Numbered from the stretch's first letter, positions 43,087 through 53,540 are shown. The stretch: DNA of 64,000 bases from Coleofasciculus chthonoplastes F2-STO-03 (GCA_040222015.1 JAVJWO010000047.1:1-64000), one strand, 5' to 3'. Program-made: numbers and translations. Notes: generated by a model from the sequence alone, not told the origin.

Positions 43087-44607
43087 CTATCCCTGTCGCT
43101 TTTGCCGAATTGCCCGGGTTTGGTCAAGAATGTCTTCTAAGTCCTCTTGGGACAAACGTTCGACGTAATTAACTTTGACTTCCTCTAAGAAGGCGTTGAG
43201 CAAGTATTGAATTTCATCTAAGGTTTTCTGGGTCTGCATTTGAGAGCCATAAGCTTCGCCCAGATGACGAATTAACCGTTGCAGAATTTGATCCCCAACT
43301 GGATCATCTGCGATCGCACTCTCTAATCCATCGTAAAGCGCTTGGGTGATTTGTTGCACCAGTCGCTCGGTTAACTGATTGCGAATGCTTTCTACACCGG
43401 GTACTCTCTCTAGTCCCTGATACGCTTGAGACTGATTCAAAATTTTGTCAACGTTATACTTTAGCAAGTCTTCTACATCGGAACGGATGGCGGGAAGCAC
43501 TTGATTCACTGTCATCTGCACCATGATCTTAGTCAGTGCTGCGACTTCGTCGGTTTCGTTGAGATCGATGTAGGGGCGAACTTCCCGTTGCTGAAGAAAA
43601 TTGGCTATCTCCCCTTGGCGAATGGACGATTGGAGTTCGTTAATAATCTGAATCACTACCACTTGGGTCATATCGCCAGCGATTTCAGCGACAAATCCTT
43701 GACGCGCTTGTTTCTGAATCGCACTCATATCGATTAACTTCGCTTGATCCAGTCTAATTGTCACTGGGATGATTCGCAGCCAGCGCCAGAGGGGAATTAA
43801 CAAAAAGATGTCATACCAACGCCATAACATCGCATCGATCCAACTGACCCCGGTGCGACGGCGACTGATTAACCAAGTACGACCCAAGAAATCTGTTAAA
43901 AAGATTAGGAAAAACGGGAAGTCAATGAGGAGTCCAAAGTAATCGACAAAATCACCTGTCTCTCCAATGGGACGGTAGTAGTTGGCTTCAATTAGCGGAC
44001 GAATTTCTTCATTGAAAAATTCGAGTTCATTCTGGGGGTCTTTAGCGGTGAAGTTTGCTTGACTCCAAAATTCTCTAAAGGCTTCTTTGGCAGAATCATC
44101 GTCATTGTCAATATGCTCCCGCATTTTATTTTTGATTTTTTCCAAATCCCCCGTTTTATTGGCAAGTTGGAAAGGATTTGTCTCAATCATGTCTACGCTG
44201 CGTTGGTGCAGATCTTCCAAAAGTTGGGTGACTTCAGAAGACTGTAAGCTTCTCAGCTTGGTTCTTAGGTTGGTTGCATCAATCTCCGCTTCCAATGCAT
44301 TAACCTTATCCAAATATTGTTCGGTGTCTCGATATGGTTGAATCCCCTTGATTGGGTCATACCACTGGGTAATCGGCGGTAGGGGAACCTCTAAGGGCAA
44401 ACCGGGAAAACTCCATGGACCGATTTCAAAACTCAATAATTGGACTTCCCCATGTAGCCAAAAATCTCTTAGAGGTAGGTAGGTTAAGTCAAACACAACC
44501 AATAAGTAATTCAGCGAAGCCACAAGTGCAACCGCTCGTTCCCACAAAAGAGCGAGACGAACTTTACGCTTACTTTTGCTTGGGGTCAATCGTTGGATGG
44601 ATGACAT
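43087..44607 (-). CDS. Cyanobacterial membrane protein, hypothetical
   Basis: 506 aa ORF with TM segments (WERAVAL..., DAMLWRWYD). Confidence 0.8.
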   Translation of the reverse strand: MSSIQRLTPSKSKRKVRLALLWERAVALVASLNYLLVVFDLTYLPLRDFWLHGEVQLLSFEIGPWSFPGLPLEVPLPPITQWYDPIKGIQPYRDTEQYLDKVNALEAEIDATNLRTKLRSLQSSEVTQLLEDLHQRSVDMIETNPFQLANKTGDLEKIKNKMREHIDNDDDSAKEAFREFWSQANFTAKDPQNELEFFNEEIRPLIEANYYRPIGETGDFVDYFGLLIDFPFFLIFLTDFLGRTWLISRRRTGVSWIDAMLWRWYDIFLLIPLWRWLRIIPVTIRLDQAKLIDMSAIQKQARQGFVAEIAGDMTQVVVIQIINELQSSIRQGEIANFLQQREVRPYIDLNETDEVAALTKIMVQMTVNQVLPAIRSDVEDLLKYNVDKILNQSQAYQGLERVPGVESIRNQLTERLVQQITQALYDGLESAIADDPVGDQILQRLIRHLGEAYGSQMQTQKTLDEIQYLLNAFLEEVKVNYVERLSQEDLEDILDQTRAIRQKRQG

Positions 44608-44769
44608 ATTTTTTAGGACTAGACCAGCACCAAGTTTAGATATAACTACTTATAGCCAAACTTGGACTGATCAGAAGGGATTCACGTTGAGTGCTAACTA
44701 GAACTATCAATCCTATGGGTGATAGGGTTTTCTGTCAAACTAGGTTAGTTAGCTTGGCGGTTGCTATAA

Positions 44770-46050
44770 CTATGGAAAGACACGGCCAGGGTGGGTCATG
44801 GGGGCGCTGGGACTGTTGTAGATATCCCATTCCTCAATCCCCCGATCGCGTAGAATGGTTTCGGCTTGTTGAATTTGCTCATCTGTTCCTTGAATCAAAA
44901 CTAAATAATCCCCATGAGAAAGGCGATCGCTATAGTTTTTGGCTTGCTCTTCGGGAACGCCTAAGTTGGCAAGTATACCCACTAAACCACCTGCGGCTGC
45001 GCCAATGGCTCCTCCCCCTAATGCAGATGCGATCGCAGCGGCTTCGCTTCCTACAAATACTACCGGACCAACCCCAGGAACCGCGACGGTGACTAACCCA
45101 ACCAGTAATCCCGTTAATCCCCCCAAGACACCTCCAGCAACAGTTCCGGTGGCTGCATCTTTGGCTTTTTCATGACTCACGGGATCGGTGACTTTCACCC
45201 CAGACACCTGATCGGGATGTTTGGCGTCTTTGGCAATAACCGAAACGTGGTTCATGTCAAATCCAGCCGCTTTTAATCCATCAAGAGCCTTTTTTAAATG
45301 TTGCTCGTAAGAAAAGACACCAATCGCTCGCTGATTTTGGGTCACGGGTGCGGGTGCTGTGGGGGGAGTCATTGGGGTGACACTCGTCGGCGTTGCACCT
45401 AACGGTTCACCAAAGGGTCCGGTGTACGCCGCGCCTAGGGGTGTGGGAGAGCCAACCGGAGCCGCCGCCATTGGCTGTGTGTAGCCGACAGGGGAAGTAT
45501 TCACTTCCGGGCGCTCATAAGTTCTCCACTCTTGAATACCGTGAGGTTTCAGGATAGAGGTTGCACGGGTCATCTCTGCTGCTGTGCCATCAACTAGAAT
45601 TAAATAATCTCCTTTCTCTAAGCGATCGTGGTAAAGTTTCGCTTCGGCTTCGGGAACTTCTAATCCCAGTAACGCCCCAAATAAGCCGCCAGCTGCACTA
45701 CCAACCGCTCCACCTAGCAGTGTATTGCCAATCACTGAAACAGCTGCACCCCCGACTAAAATGGGTCCAACTCCAGGAAGCGCGATCAGCGTACCAATTA
45801 ACCCAACAATCCCTCCTGTCACTCCTCCCGCAACCGCACCAGCCGCCGCACCTTCACCTGCTTCATTTTCGGTATCGTCATGCACTTCCACACCAGCAAT
45901 TTGCTCCTCATTCCGAGCAATAACTGAGACTTGATTCATGGGAAAATTTGCATCTCTCAGATTTTTAAGAGCCTCTTCGGTGGCTTGTCGCGTTGGAAAG
46001 ACACCAACACCGCGTTGAGATTGACCTAATGTCATAGTATCCGTCTCCAT
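44770..46050 (-). CDS. General stress protein (YflT/DUF1269-like) with two tandem units
   Basis: Two copies of RxxGVF...VSVIA + Gly-rich TM + GVPEE/A...Y...YLVL joined by a Pro/Thr linker. Confidence 0.8.
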   Translation of the reverse strand: METDTMTLGQSQRGVGVFPTRQATEEALKNLRDANFPMNQVSVIARNEEQIAGVEVHDDTENEAGEGAAAGAVAGGVTGGIVGLIGTLIALPGVGPILVGGAAVSVIGNTLLGGAVGSAAGGLFGALLGLEVPEAEAKLYHDRLEKGDYLILVDGTAAEMTRATSILKPHGIQEWRTYERPEVNTSPVGYTQPMAAAPVGSPTPLGAAYTGPFGEPLGATPTSVTPMTPPTAPAPVTQNQRAIGVFSYEQHLKKALDGLKAAGFDMNHVSVIAKDAKHPDQVSGVKVTDPVSHEKAKDAATGTVAGGVLGGLTGLLVGLVTVAVPGVGPVVFVGSEAAAIASALGGGAIGAAAGGLVGILANLGVPEEQAKNYSDRLSHGDYLVLIQGTDEQIQQAETILRDRGIEEWDIYNSPSAPMTHPGRVFP

Positions 46051-46216
46051 CTCTCTAATCTATCTATCAGGTTTCACCCTGATACCCCTATTTCTACATT
46101 TTTGTGGCAGATATTCATCAATCGTGGGAGATAGATATATCCAGCCTTCTGAATTGTTAAGAAAGCGCGATCGCACGCTGACGCTTGGTCGTATAATTGG
46201 CTATAACTGAGGGCGT

Positions 46217-46457
46217 GTAAAGAGTGGGGAGGGCGGGTTTTGTTGAGAGGTTATCGGTGAATCGTTGAATTTAGTAAAGAGTGGGGAGGGCGGGTTTTGT
46301 TGAGAGGTTATCGGTGAATCGTTGAATTTAGTAAAGAGTGGGGAGGGCGGGTTTTGTTGAGAGGTTATCGGTGAATCGTTGAATTTAGTGGGGAGGGCGG
46401 GTTTTGTTGAGAGGTTATCGGTGAATCGTTGAATTTAGTCCCTAAACCCGCCCCTAC
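46217..46457. repeat. 57 bp tandem repeat (three full copies) ending in one complete GGGCGGGTTT...AAACCCGCCC hairpin element
   Basis: Copies start at 46217, 46274, 46331 and (7 nt shorter) 46388; a single near-identical element lies at about 51097-51176. Confidence 0.9.
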
Positions 46458-47013
46458 ACAATAACCATTTTTCGGCAACTAATTCTGTATGAATGTCAAA
46501 GAAACTGGGAAAAACATGATCGACTAATGGTTTCGGGAATTCTATGCCACTGTATTGATTCCAGCGCTTAATTAAACTGTTAAAGACTAACTCCCTTGTC
46601 GGTAAGGAACAATCATATTTACTTTGACGAAATGCCGTCGGGGTAGAAAAGGCAAAATTCAGGGCGCGATCGCACTGTCTATTTGTTATTTGTAGGGTGC
46701 GTTAGCGAAGCGTAACGCACCTTTGAAGTTTTTCTGGAAGTTGGGACTAATCTTCGATTGAGCGTGGGATGAATCGCCAGTTTATTATTGACAACTTGCT
46801 TGTTGTCAGCTAATATTAAGGGTAAATTGTTTTTGTATTTCAATCTATCAGACGCGATCGCACAATGGTGCAAGCAAGACGGACATTCAGCACAGCTTCA
46901 GGCTTGGCGTCATCTTCTCTCTGGTTTATCAAAGCTATGCTACAACAGGCGATTGAATCAGGAGAGTTTTTTGATTGAGCGATCGCGCTATCTCCATGTT
47001 TCTTAATGTCCCA

Positions 47014-47040
47014 GTTTCAATCCCTGATGGAGATTATAGA
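47014..47040 (-). CRISPR. Orphan truncated degenerate CRISPR repeat on the trailer side of array 1
   Basis: GTTTCAATCCCTGATGGAGATTATAGA. Confidence 0.8.
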
Positions 47041-47152
47041 CAAGCGATTTTCTGGGCGCACGCCATGCGCCCCTACAATTCTAATCCACCAATTAAGGTG
47101 TGCCACGCCAGTAGGGTGGGCATTGCCCACCGACTAGCCAAACTTCAGGGTG

Positions 47153-47268
47153 CTAAATCCCGCGTCGAAATGCCCGAATCGCTTCTCCTGCATCAGTCTC
47201 CGCCATCAAAATACACTGTCTCAGCCAGTCAATATCAAGTTCACTAAGTCCAGGTAACTGGCTGCGTT
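47153..47268 (-). pseudogene. 3' remnant of Uma2 endonuclease gene
   Basis: Near-identical to 60368-60483, the 3' end of the intact Uma2 gene. Confidence 0.88.
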
Positions 47269-47321
47269 TTGCTAACCCCATCTAAATCTTGTGATTTTAG
47301 ATGGGGACTGCGCTCAACCGT

Positions 47322-48732
47322 TGTTCAATCCCTGATAGGGATTATAGAGGATTTCGACGTGCTGATATTGGGGTTGGGGACTGCCGGACTTTCTTGGTTT
47401 CAATCCCTGATAGGGATTATAGAGGATTTCGACTAACGTCCTGTCTCGACAGGATGATAATATTTGTGTTTCAATCCCTGATAGGGATTATAGAGGATTT
47501 CGACTTGACCAAGAGGAAGCAGACGGATGCCTGTATCGGTTTCAATCCCTGATAGGGATTATAGAGGATTTCGACAGATTAAAAAATTGGGGTCAGGGCG
47601 CAATGTCAAGTTTCAATCCCTGATAGGGATTATAGAGGATTTCGACATTGCAACGGTTCCCCCTGCCGTTCAAACGGGCATTGTTTCAATCCCTGATAGG
47701 GATTATAGAGGATTTCGACGAGATATTTCATCCATATTTCATCTATCTCTTTAGTTTCAATCCCTGATAGGGATTATAGAGGATTTCGACCAAAGTACCG
47801 AGAACCTCTCCAGGTATTGGATTCGTTTCAATCCCTGATAGGGATTATAGAGGATTTCGACTTCCCGACAGTATCAATCCTCCGTTGTATGGACCCGTTT
47901 CAATCCCTGATAGGGATTATAGAGGATTTCGACAAGCCTACTACTTTTTCAGTTAACGGGGTTACTAGTTTCAATCCCTGATAGGGATTATAGAGGATTT
48001 CGACTTTACGCATTAAAAAATGTGGGTGAGGAAATTTTTGATGGTTTCAATCCCTGATAGGGATTATAGAGGATTTCGACTTGACCTAAGCTTAAGGGTT
48101 TCTATCGCTTAACACCTGTGTTTCAATCCCTGATAGGGATTATAGAGGATTTCGACTTTTTCGGATCGGGAACCAGTAACACTGGAATTAGTTTCAATCC
48201 CTGATAGGGATTATAGAGGATTTCGACAAAAAGTACGTCATCAAACAGGAAAGTAGTAGCGGTTTCAATCCCTGATAGGGATTATAGAGGATTTCGACCC
48301 CTAGCTCTCCTGTTGTAGAAGTCATGACTCTTGGTTTCAATCCCTGATAGGGATTATAGAGGATTTCGACGTGCATGCGGCTGATTGCCGCGATTGAAAA
48401 CTTGAGTTTCAATCCCTGATAGGGATTATAGAGGATTTCGACTATATTGCCGACTGAGTGTGAGCAAGACTGGATTAGTTTCAATCCCTGATAGGGATTA
48501 TAGAGGATTTCGACGGTAGATGGGATTCGCTATTACACCCTGGACTGCAAGTTTCAATCCCTGATAGGGATTATAGAGGATTTCGACCCGCCGAGATAAC
48601 TTGGCAAGCTTCTCCCACTCACGAAGTTTCAATCCCTGATAGGGATTATAGAGGATTTCGACGGGCGATTCTTCAGCGTACTTTCTCAATTCTATGTTTC
48701 AATCCCTGATAGGGATTATAGAGGATTTCGAC
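47322..48732 (-). CRISPR. CRISPR array 1: 20 repeats of 37 bp, 19 spacers
   Basis: Plus-strand repeat GTTTCAATCCCTGATAGGGATTATAGAGGATTTCGAC; leftmost copy degenerate; leader on the right next to cas2, so transcribed from the minus strand (repeat ends ATTGAAAC). Confidence 0.98.
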
Positions 48733-48981
48733 CGCCGACCTCTGAAACGCTTGCTGTATTTGGTTTTCAAGGTTCGATTGCGACAACCTCCTCTAACTAT
48801 AGCATTTCCGCCCTCGGTTTTGACAACCCCCGCGAACAAAAAAGTCTCAAATCCTCTCTGAATAAGCCTTTCAGCCATTGCGACAACCTCCTCATTCGCG
48901 AAAAAGGCTGTATCCCTGACAGCATAAGGAATACAGCCTCAAATTTTGACTCCTCGAAAAAAACACCTACTGGTTGTCGCA
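48733..48981 (-). promoter_or_regulatory. CRISPR leader 1 (249 bp)
   Basis: Between cas2 stop and first repeat; near-identical to 61985-62233. Confidence 0.88.
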
Positions 48982-49254
48982 TCAGACAAAGAAAATCGAA
49001 TTATCTCTTATGGGTTCACCGCCGATGCGTTCAACCTTCCCTTGACAACAGCCACAGAGGAAATAAAAGCGAATGCTGTCTTGGTCTGGCTTAATCACCT
49101 TAGAAAGACGCGATCGCAATTTGGCATACTGGGTATCCGTCAAACTGCACTCAAACACACTATACTGCATCCACTGCCCATAAGACTTAAGAATACTGTG
49201 TATTTTCGTCCGCCGCTTATCTTCCGGGATATCATAGGACACAACCACATACAT
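48982..49254 (-). CDS. cas2: CRISPR-associated Cas2
   Basis: VVSYDIPEDKRRTKI...YGQWMQYSVFEC...DSIRFY. Confidence 0.97.
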   Translation of the reverse strand: MYVVVSYDIPEDKRRTKIHSILKSYGQWMQYSVFECSLTDTQYAKLRSRLSKVIKPDQDSIRFYFLCGCCQGKVERIGGEPIRDNSIFFV

Positions 49255-49259
49255 ACTCT

Positions 49260-50264
49260 CTACCTCACAATTAACGGCGGATACTGCTCAATTTCCCCCA
49301 TCAGATACTTCGCCAAGAGTCGCCCTTGTATCTCAAAGGCTTCCTGATAAGTACATTTGCGCCTCAAGACAGGATGCTTAAACGTTGATTGCTTCTTTTG
49401 TTCATAAAGCTTGAGAAATTCTCGCCGTCCTTCCGGGGATAAAAAGACGGCTTGGCTGAGAGGTTCCGTGGTAAACTGCTCAGGGGTGAGGATTCGCAGA
49501 TTAATGCCATTGAGTATCATTGAATCCACAACCAAAGGTCGAAACTCTTCCATTAAATCTAGGGCTAATCCTGGACGACCATACTGTTGACAATGAAGAT
49601 AGCCCAAATAGGGATCAAACCCCACAATATTCACCGCACTCTGGATATCATGACGCAGTAGAGAATAGCCAAAACTCAGCATCGCATTCACCGGATCAGT
49701 TGGGGGACGACGGCGTCGGGCGGTAAACTTAAATCCAGGGACGCGAATCAGTTGATCAAACACACCAAAATACGCCGCACTCCCCGCCCCCTCTAACCCC
49801 CGCAGGGAGTTGATTTTATCCGTTTTCTCGATTGGCGCGATCGCACGGTGTAGGCGATTTATTGCTTTTTGTAACGTCAGTTCCGGATATTTACGCTGAT
49901 TTCGGGTTAGCATGGTGCGATAATTTTTCAGCTTTCCCCGAATAAATCCCCGGACAATATGCAGCGCTGCTTCTGATTCCCCAGCCGCTTGCCATTGGGC
50001 TTGACGAACAAAGATATTTTTGGTCATTTCCGGTTCCAATCGTCCCAGATATTTCCCGGTGCCGGTAATAAAAGTCAGGGGAATTTTTCGGTTTAAAAGT
50101 TCTGTTACCACGGCGGGCGATACTGTTGCCCGTCCACATACGACTATCCCATCCACTTTAATCAGGGGAACATCCAAGAGTTTCTGTTTGTTTGCTTTGA
50201 CACTAAGGCGTTCATCGGTTTTGCCGATAAATGAATCATCTTGAGTAATGTAAACAGTTCCCAT
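49260..50264 (-). CDS. cas1: CRISPR-associated Cas1 (type I-D)
   Basis: MGTVYIT start at 50264; LRGLEGAGSAAYF, RRPPTDPVNAMLSFGY, LALDLMEEFRP. Confidence 0.97.
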   Translation of the reverse strand: MGTVYITQDDSFIGKTDERLSVKANKQKLLDVPLIKVDGIVVCGRATVSPAVVTELLNRKIPLTFITGTGKYLGRLEPEMTKNIFVRQAQWQAAGESEAALHIVRGFIRGKLKNYRTMLTRNQRKYPELTLQKAINRLHRAIAPIEKTDKINSLRGLEGAGSAAYFGVFDQLIRVPGFKFTARRRRPPTDPVNAMLSFGYSLLRHDIQSAVNIVGFDPYLGYLHCQQYGRPGLALDLMEEFRPLVVDSMILNGINLRILTPEQFTTEPLSQAVFLSPEGRREFLKLYEQKKQSTFKHPVLRRKCTYQEAFEIQGRLLAKYLMGEIEQYPPLIVR

Positions 50265-50276
50265 AAATTTTCTCCT

Positions 50277-50355
50277 GTTAGTAGTGAGGACTTTAGTGTT
50301 AGTAGTGAGGACTTTAGTCCTCTTCGTTAGCGGCGCTAAAGCGCCGACTACAAGC
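50277..50355. repeat. Inverted REP-like doublet between cas4 and cas1 with 21 bp partial duplication
   Basis: GTAGTGAGGAC-TTTA-GTCCTC ... CGGCGC-TAAA-GCGCCGACTAC; 57/58 identical to 62587-62644. Confidence 0.85.
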
Positions 50356-50361
50356 AAGCTT

Positions 50362-50955
50362 TCATTCCTCCTCCCGATATCGCCCCACCTTTTTCGCCGC
50401 TTGAGGTAAACATTGAGGATAAAAACTACATCCTTTACAGCGCTTTGTGTAAATCGGTTTCGGCATTTCCCCGCTTTTCATTAACATTTTTACCGATTCA
50501 AGGATATCTAGAGTTTCCTGTCGCAATGCATCAGAAATCTCAACGAATTGTCGCTGATGGGAATAGGCATAATAAATATAGCCCTGATGAATCGATTGTC
50601 CCGTCATTTCTGCCAAACACAACGCCTGGGCGCAGACTTGCAATTCATCATTATCCCATTCCCCCTTCCGCCCCCGCTTATATTCCACGGGATAGAGTTC
50701 ACCCGATTCTGATTCAATTAAATCCGATTTACCGATTAGATGATACTGTTGAGACTTCAGCCAAATCGCCCGTACCTGCCAAACTTCCTCCCGTTGAGAC
50801 TCACCGACTGTGTGGACGCGATCGTGTAAACTGGTGCCATCAATGGTATAGTAATTCTCGCTAAATTCCCCCGCACAAAACATCCGCCAACAACGGTGGG
50901 GACAGTAGGAATAATGGTTGAGAGAGGCGATGGGAATGTAATCGGTATTATTCAT
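50362..50955 (-). CDS. cas4: CRISPR-associated Cas4
   Basis: YCPHR, GKSDLIE, PVEYKRG, QVCAQALCL, C-terminal CKGCSFYPQC. Confidence 0.97.
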   Translation of the reverse strand: MNNTDYIPIASLNHYSYCPHRCWRMFCAGEFSENYYTIDGTSLHDRVHTVGESQREEVWQVRAIWLKSQQYHLIGKSDLIESESGELYPVEYKRGRKGEWDNDELQVCAQALCLAEMTGQSIHQGYIYYAYSHQRQFVEISDALRQETLDILESVKMLMKSGEMPKPIYTKRCKGCSFYPQCLPQAAKKVGRYREEE

Positions 50956-51269
50956 TAGTTTTACCTGTAAATGAAGGGTTAGGGTTTCACGTTGAGATCC
51001 CCCTAAATCCCGCTTAAAATCCGGTTCCCTGCTTTTGAAGGGGGGCTAGGGGGGATCTATAAAATTAGGTTCGTGGAAAATCTAGTTCATTTATCGGTGG
51101 GGAGGGCGGGTTTTGTTGAGAAGTTATCGGTAAATAGTTGAATTGAGTCCCTAAACCCGCCCCTACACAATAACCAATTTATCAAGATGTTCCGGTGCCA
51201 CATCTTTGTCGGGACACGGCACTGCCGTACCCTTACCTAGGTTAACCTACCTTATCACCATGAAACCGA

Positions 51270-51980
51270 TTAACTCCCCTGAAATTGATACTGCATTTGT
51301 GCCGGAATCAAGAAAGGTTTTCTGTCACTAAGCTGATAATATTGCCCCTGAATTCGCACATTCCGAATTAAACTAACCGGGGACATATTAATCACGTCAT
51401 AACTGATGACGCGATGGGTAAACATCGTATCTAAGGGATTCAGGGGATAAGGATAAGTGAATTCACCCTCCACTCGTTGAGGAGTAGCCAATGGTTCTAT
51501 CGTTACTTCTGCCTTACTCATCCACTTCCCTAGACGAATCCATTTGGGTAATGTTAACGGCTTGTGAGAGATAACGAAAAACTCAAATTGACTTTCCGGG
51601 GCAATCTCTTTAGTTCTGCCAAAACTGGGGATATTCTTCTGGGTTTTCTCCATCTCAACGTGATAGTTCGGGTTGGCATATTTCCAGGTGTTAAGAACCG
51701 CGCCATAGTGAATGACTCGCCCTGGTGTAATGTAAATTCCCTGGGCATTGAGAGGGGTTAAATGTTCCCGATAGTTGGGAACTTGTTCGGCACAAAAGTA
51801 ACGATAGGACTTGTCTTCAGCAACGGTTGTCGCATAAACGGTACTATCCACTAACCCCAAGGCATAACAGAGGGCGTAATTATGGAGAACCGGTTCAGTT
51901 TCATAGAGTCGCCCGATTTCACGGGTGGCATAATAGAGGCTATCATGCAACTCTAACTGACAGCGGTAAATTAGAGCCAT
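51270..51980 (-). CDS. cas5: Type I-D Cas5 (Csc1)
   Basis: LYYATREIGRLYETEPVLHNYALCYALG, WIRLGKWMSKA. Confidence 0.93.
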   Translation of the reverse strand: MALIYRCQLELHDSLYYATREIGRLYETEPVLHNYALCYALGLVDSTVYATTVAEDKSYRYFCAEQVPNYREHLTPLNAQGIYITPGRVIHYGAVLNTWKYANPNYHVEMEKTQKNIPSFGRTKEIAPESQFEFFVISHKPLTLPKWIRLGKWMSKAEVTIEPLATPQRVEGEFTYPYPLNPLDTMFTHRVISYDVINMSPVSLIRNVRIQGQYYQLSDRKPFLIPAQMQYQFQGS

Positions 51981-51982
51981 GA

Positions 51983-52987
51983 TTATTTCGATTTTGTCGT
52001 TGATTTTTTGGTTTTGCTGCTTGCTTTAGCAATGTATTTTTCGGCATAAGCTGATGATTCAGCATTGGCTTGGGTCAACATGGCGATAAGTTGTGTCTCA
52101 TTGCTAGTGATTGATTTAACTTCCGCTAAAATGGGTAACAATGACTCACCAATAAAATCAGTGTGGGGGATATATTCTTGTGCCATTAACTCAATCATTC
52201 CTTGGGTGGCGGCAGCGGTAACGTCATCTTCATTTAGCGGATCAGGGGGGTGAATTTGATCTGCCTGTTTCATCAAGTCATATATCTTTTGCGTCCAGCG
52301 TAAATTACTCACAATTTCGCCATCGGCAAAGATAACACCAATGAGTTCATTCCGAACTCGACCTGTGCGCGTGGTTTGCGCCCCATAGTGACGGGTTCTG
52401 AGAATATTATTGAACACATACAGGAATCCGGCTTCGGTGGAATCTTTTAAGGTGATAATACTAGGAAAAAAGACTTGGGGTAAGATATGGTCTTGGCTAT
52501 TAATCCGACTGGTGACTTCTCCATTCCGACTCATTGTGCCATTTTCAAAGGGGGCATTTAGGGTAAAATTGAAGTGAGACTCATCAAAAGGTGTAATTGA
52601 AAACGCCGTATCAACCACAACCTTAGATTTCTCTGAACCTGCATCCCCAATGGCAAAACCATAGAGAATACAATCCGGTGTTGTCTTACTAAAATTAACG
52701 TTATAATCGCAGGTTTCCCAGTCGCCAATTTTGTAGTTCCGCAGCAGTTCACGTCCAGTTAAACGTTCTGGGGTAGACTGTTTGCGCTTGAACATTGCCA
52801 GACGGCTAATGGTTTCCTTTTGCACAATTCCCGCCCGCACTCGTGCCTTATTTAACTCGCCATCGGTTTGAAATAGGGGGTAGGATTCGGTAATGCGAAT
52901 GGTAATAAAATGAGCATATTTGCCCATGGGTTTGGCGGGGATGTCTTGGTGAAAGAATTGGGAATCGACAGTCTTAAGAAAGGTCAT
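51983..52987 (-). CDS. cas7: Type I-D Cas7 (Csc2)
   Basis: FKRKQSTPERLTGRELLR, PDCILYGFA, YGAQTTRTG; likely start MTFLKTV, ORF extends to 53020. Confidence 0.93.
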   Translation of the reverse strand: MTFLKTVDSQFFHQDIPAKPMGKYAHFITIRITESYPLFQTDGELNKARVRAGIVQKETISRLAMFKRKQSTPERLTGRELLRNYKIGDWETCDYNVNFSKTTPDCILYGFAIGDAGSEKSKVVVDTAFSITPFDESHFNFTLNAPFENGTMSRNGEVTSRINSQDHILPQVFFPSIITLKDSTEAGFLYVFNNILRTRHYGAQTTRTGRVRNELIGVIFADGEIVSNLRWTQKIYDLMKQADQIHPPDPLNEDDVTAAATQGMIELMAQEYIPHTDFIGESLLPILAEVKSITSNETQLIAMLTQANAESSAYAEKYIAKASSKTKKSTTKSK

Positions 52988-53024
52988 AATTTTTACTCCA
53001 GATGATTGTGTGAACAACAATTAA

Positions 53025-53540
53025 TTAGGTAACCGATTCCGTGTCTAACTCAGAAACCTCTTCCGGTTCATCCTGCTTCCGTTCCTGGCGTTCTTGGTCA
53101 TCGGCAATGCGGTAAAGGTACTCACAGGTATCCCGAATTAAGTTTAACTGAGTCCCGGCGAGACGGGCGCGATCGCATTTAAGTTTTCCGGCAAAAATCA
53201 CCTCAATAAAATACTGAGAAAACTCACGTACAGCTTGACGTTCGGCTTCTGAATTCAGCGCGGGTTTCCATTTACCATCCACGAAAGCTAGAGTAGGTTT
53301 TCCTTCAGCGGCACGTCGGCGGACATTATTCATTAACTTGGATAAACGTGATGCCACAACATCAATTAATACCTCCTGATTAATTTGTGAGTCGCTAGTG
53401 GTAATCCATGCCTTGTCAATCTTTAAAATCACATCCGCCGCCTCATCAATGGGTTTAAGAATGGCATTGGCTTTAGCCGAAGGACGCTTGGCACGATAAA
53501 ATACACGGTAGAGTCGAGTCAGTTCTCTGAGTTCGTTCAC
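53025..53540 (-). CDS. cas11d: Putative internally translated small subunit Cas11d (171 aa)
   Basis: In-frame GTG at 53540 preceded by AAGGAG RBS (5 nt spacing) inside cas10d. Confidence 0.72.
   Translation of the reverse strand: MNELRELTRLYRVFYRAKRPSAKANAILKPIDEAADVILKIDKAWITTSDSQINQEVLIDVVASRLSKLMNNVRRRAAEGKPTLAFVDGKWKPALNSEAERQAVREFSQYFIEVIFAGKLKCDRARLAGTQLNLIRDTCEYLYRIADDQERQERKQDEPEEVSELDTESVT

Noticed and set aside
46217..46457. Possible mini-CRISPR array
   Set aside because: Units are contiguous and identical, with no unique spacers.
47301..48689. Short ORFs across array 1 (and 61275-61532 in array 2)
   Set aside because: Translations of CRISPR repeats and spacers, not genes.
50265..50357. 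31 aa N-terminal extension of Cas1 in the ORF track
   Set aside because: Derived from the REP-like doublet; AGGAG RBS precedes the ATG at 50264.
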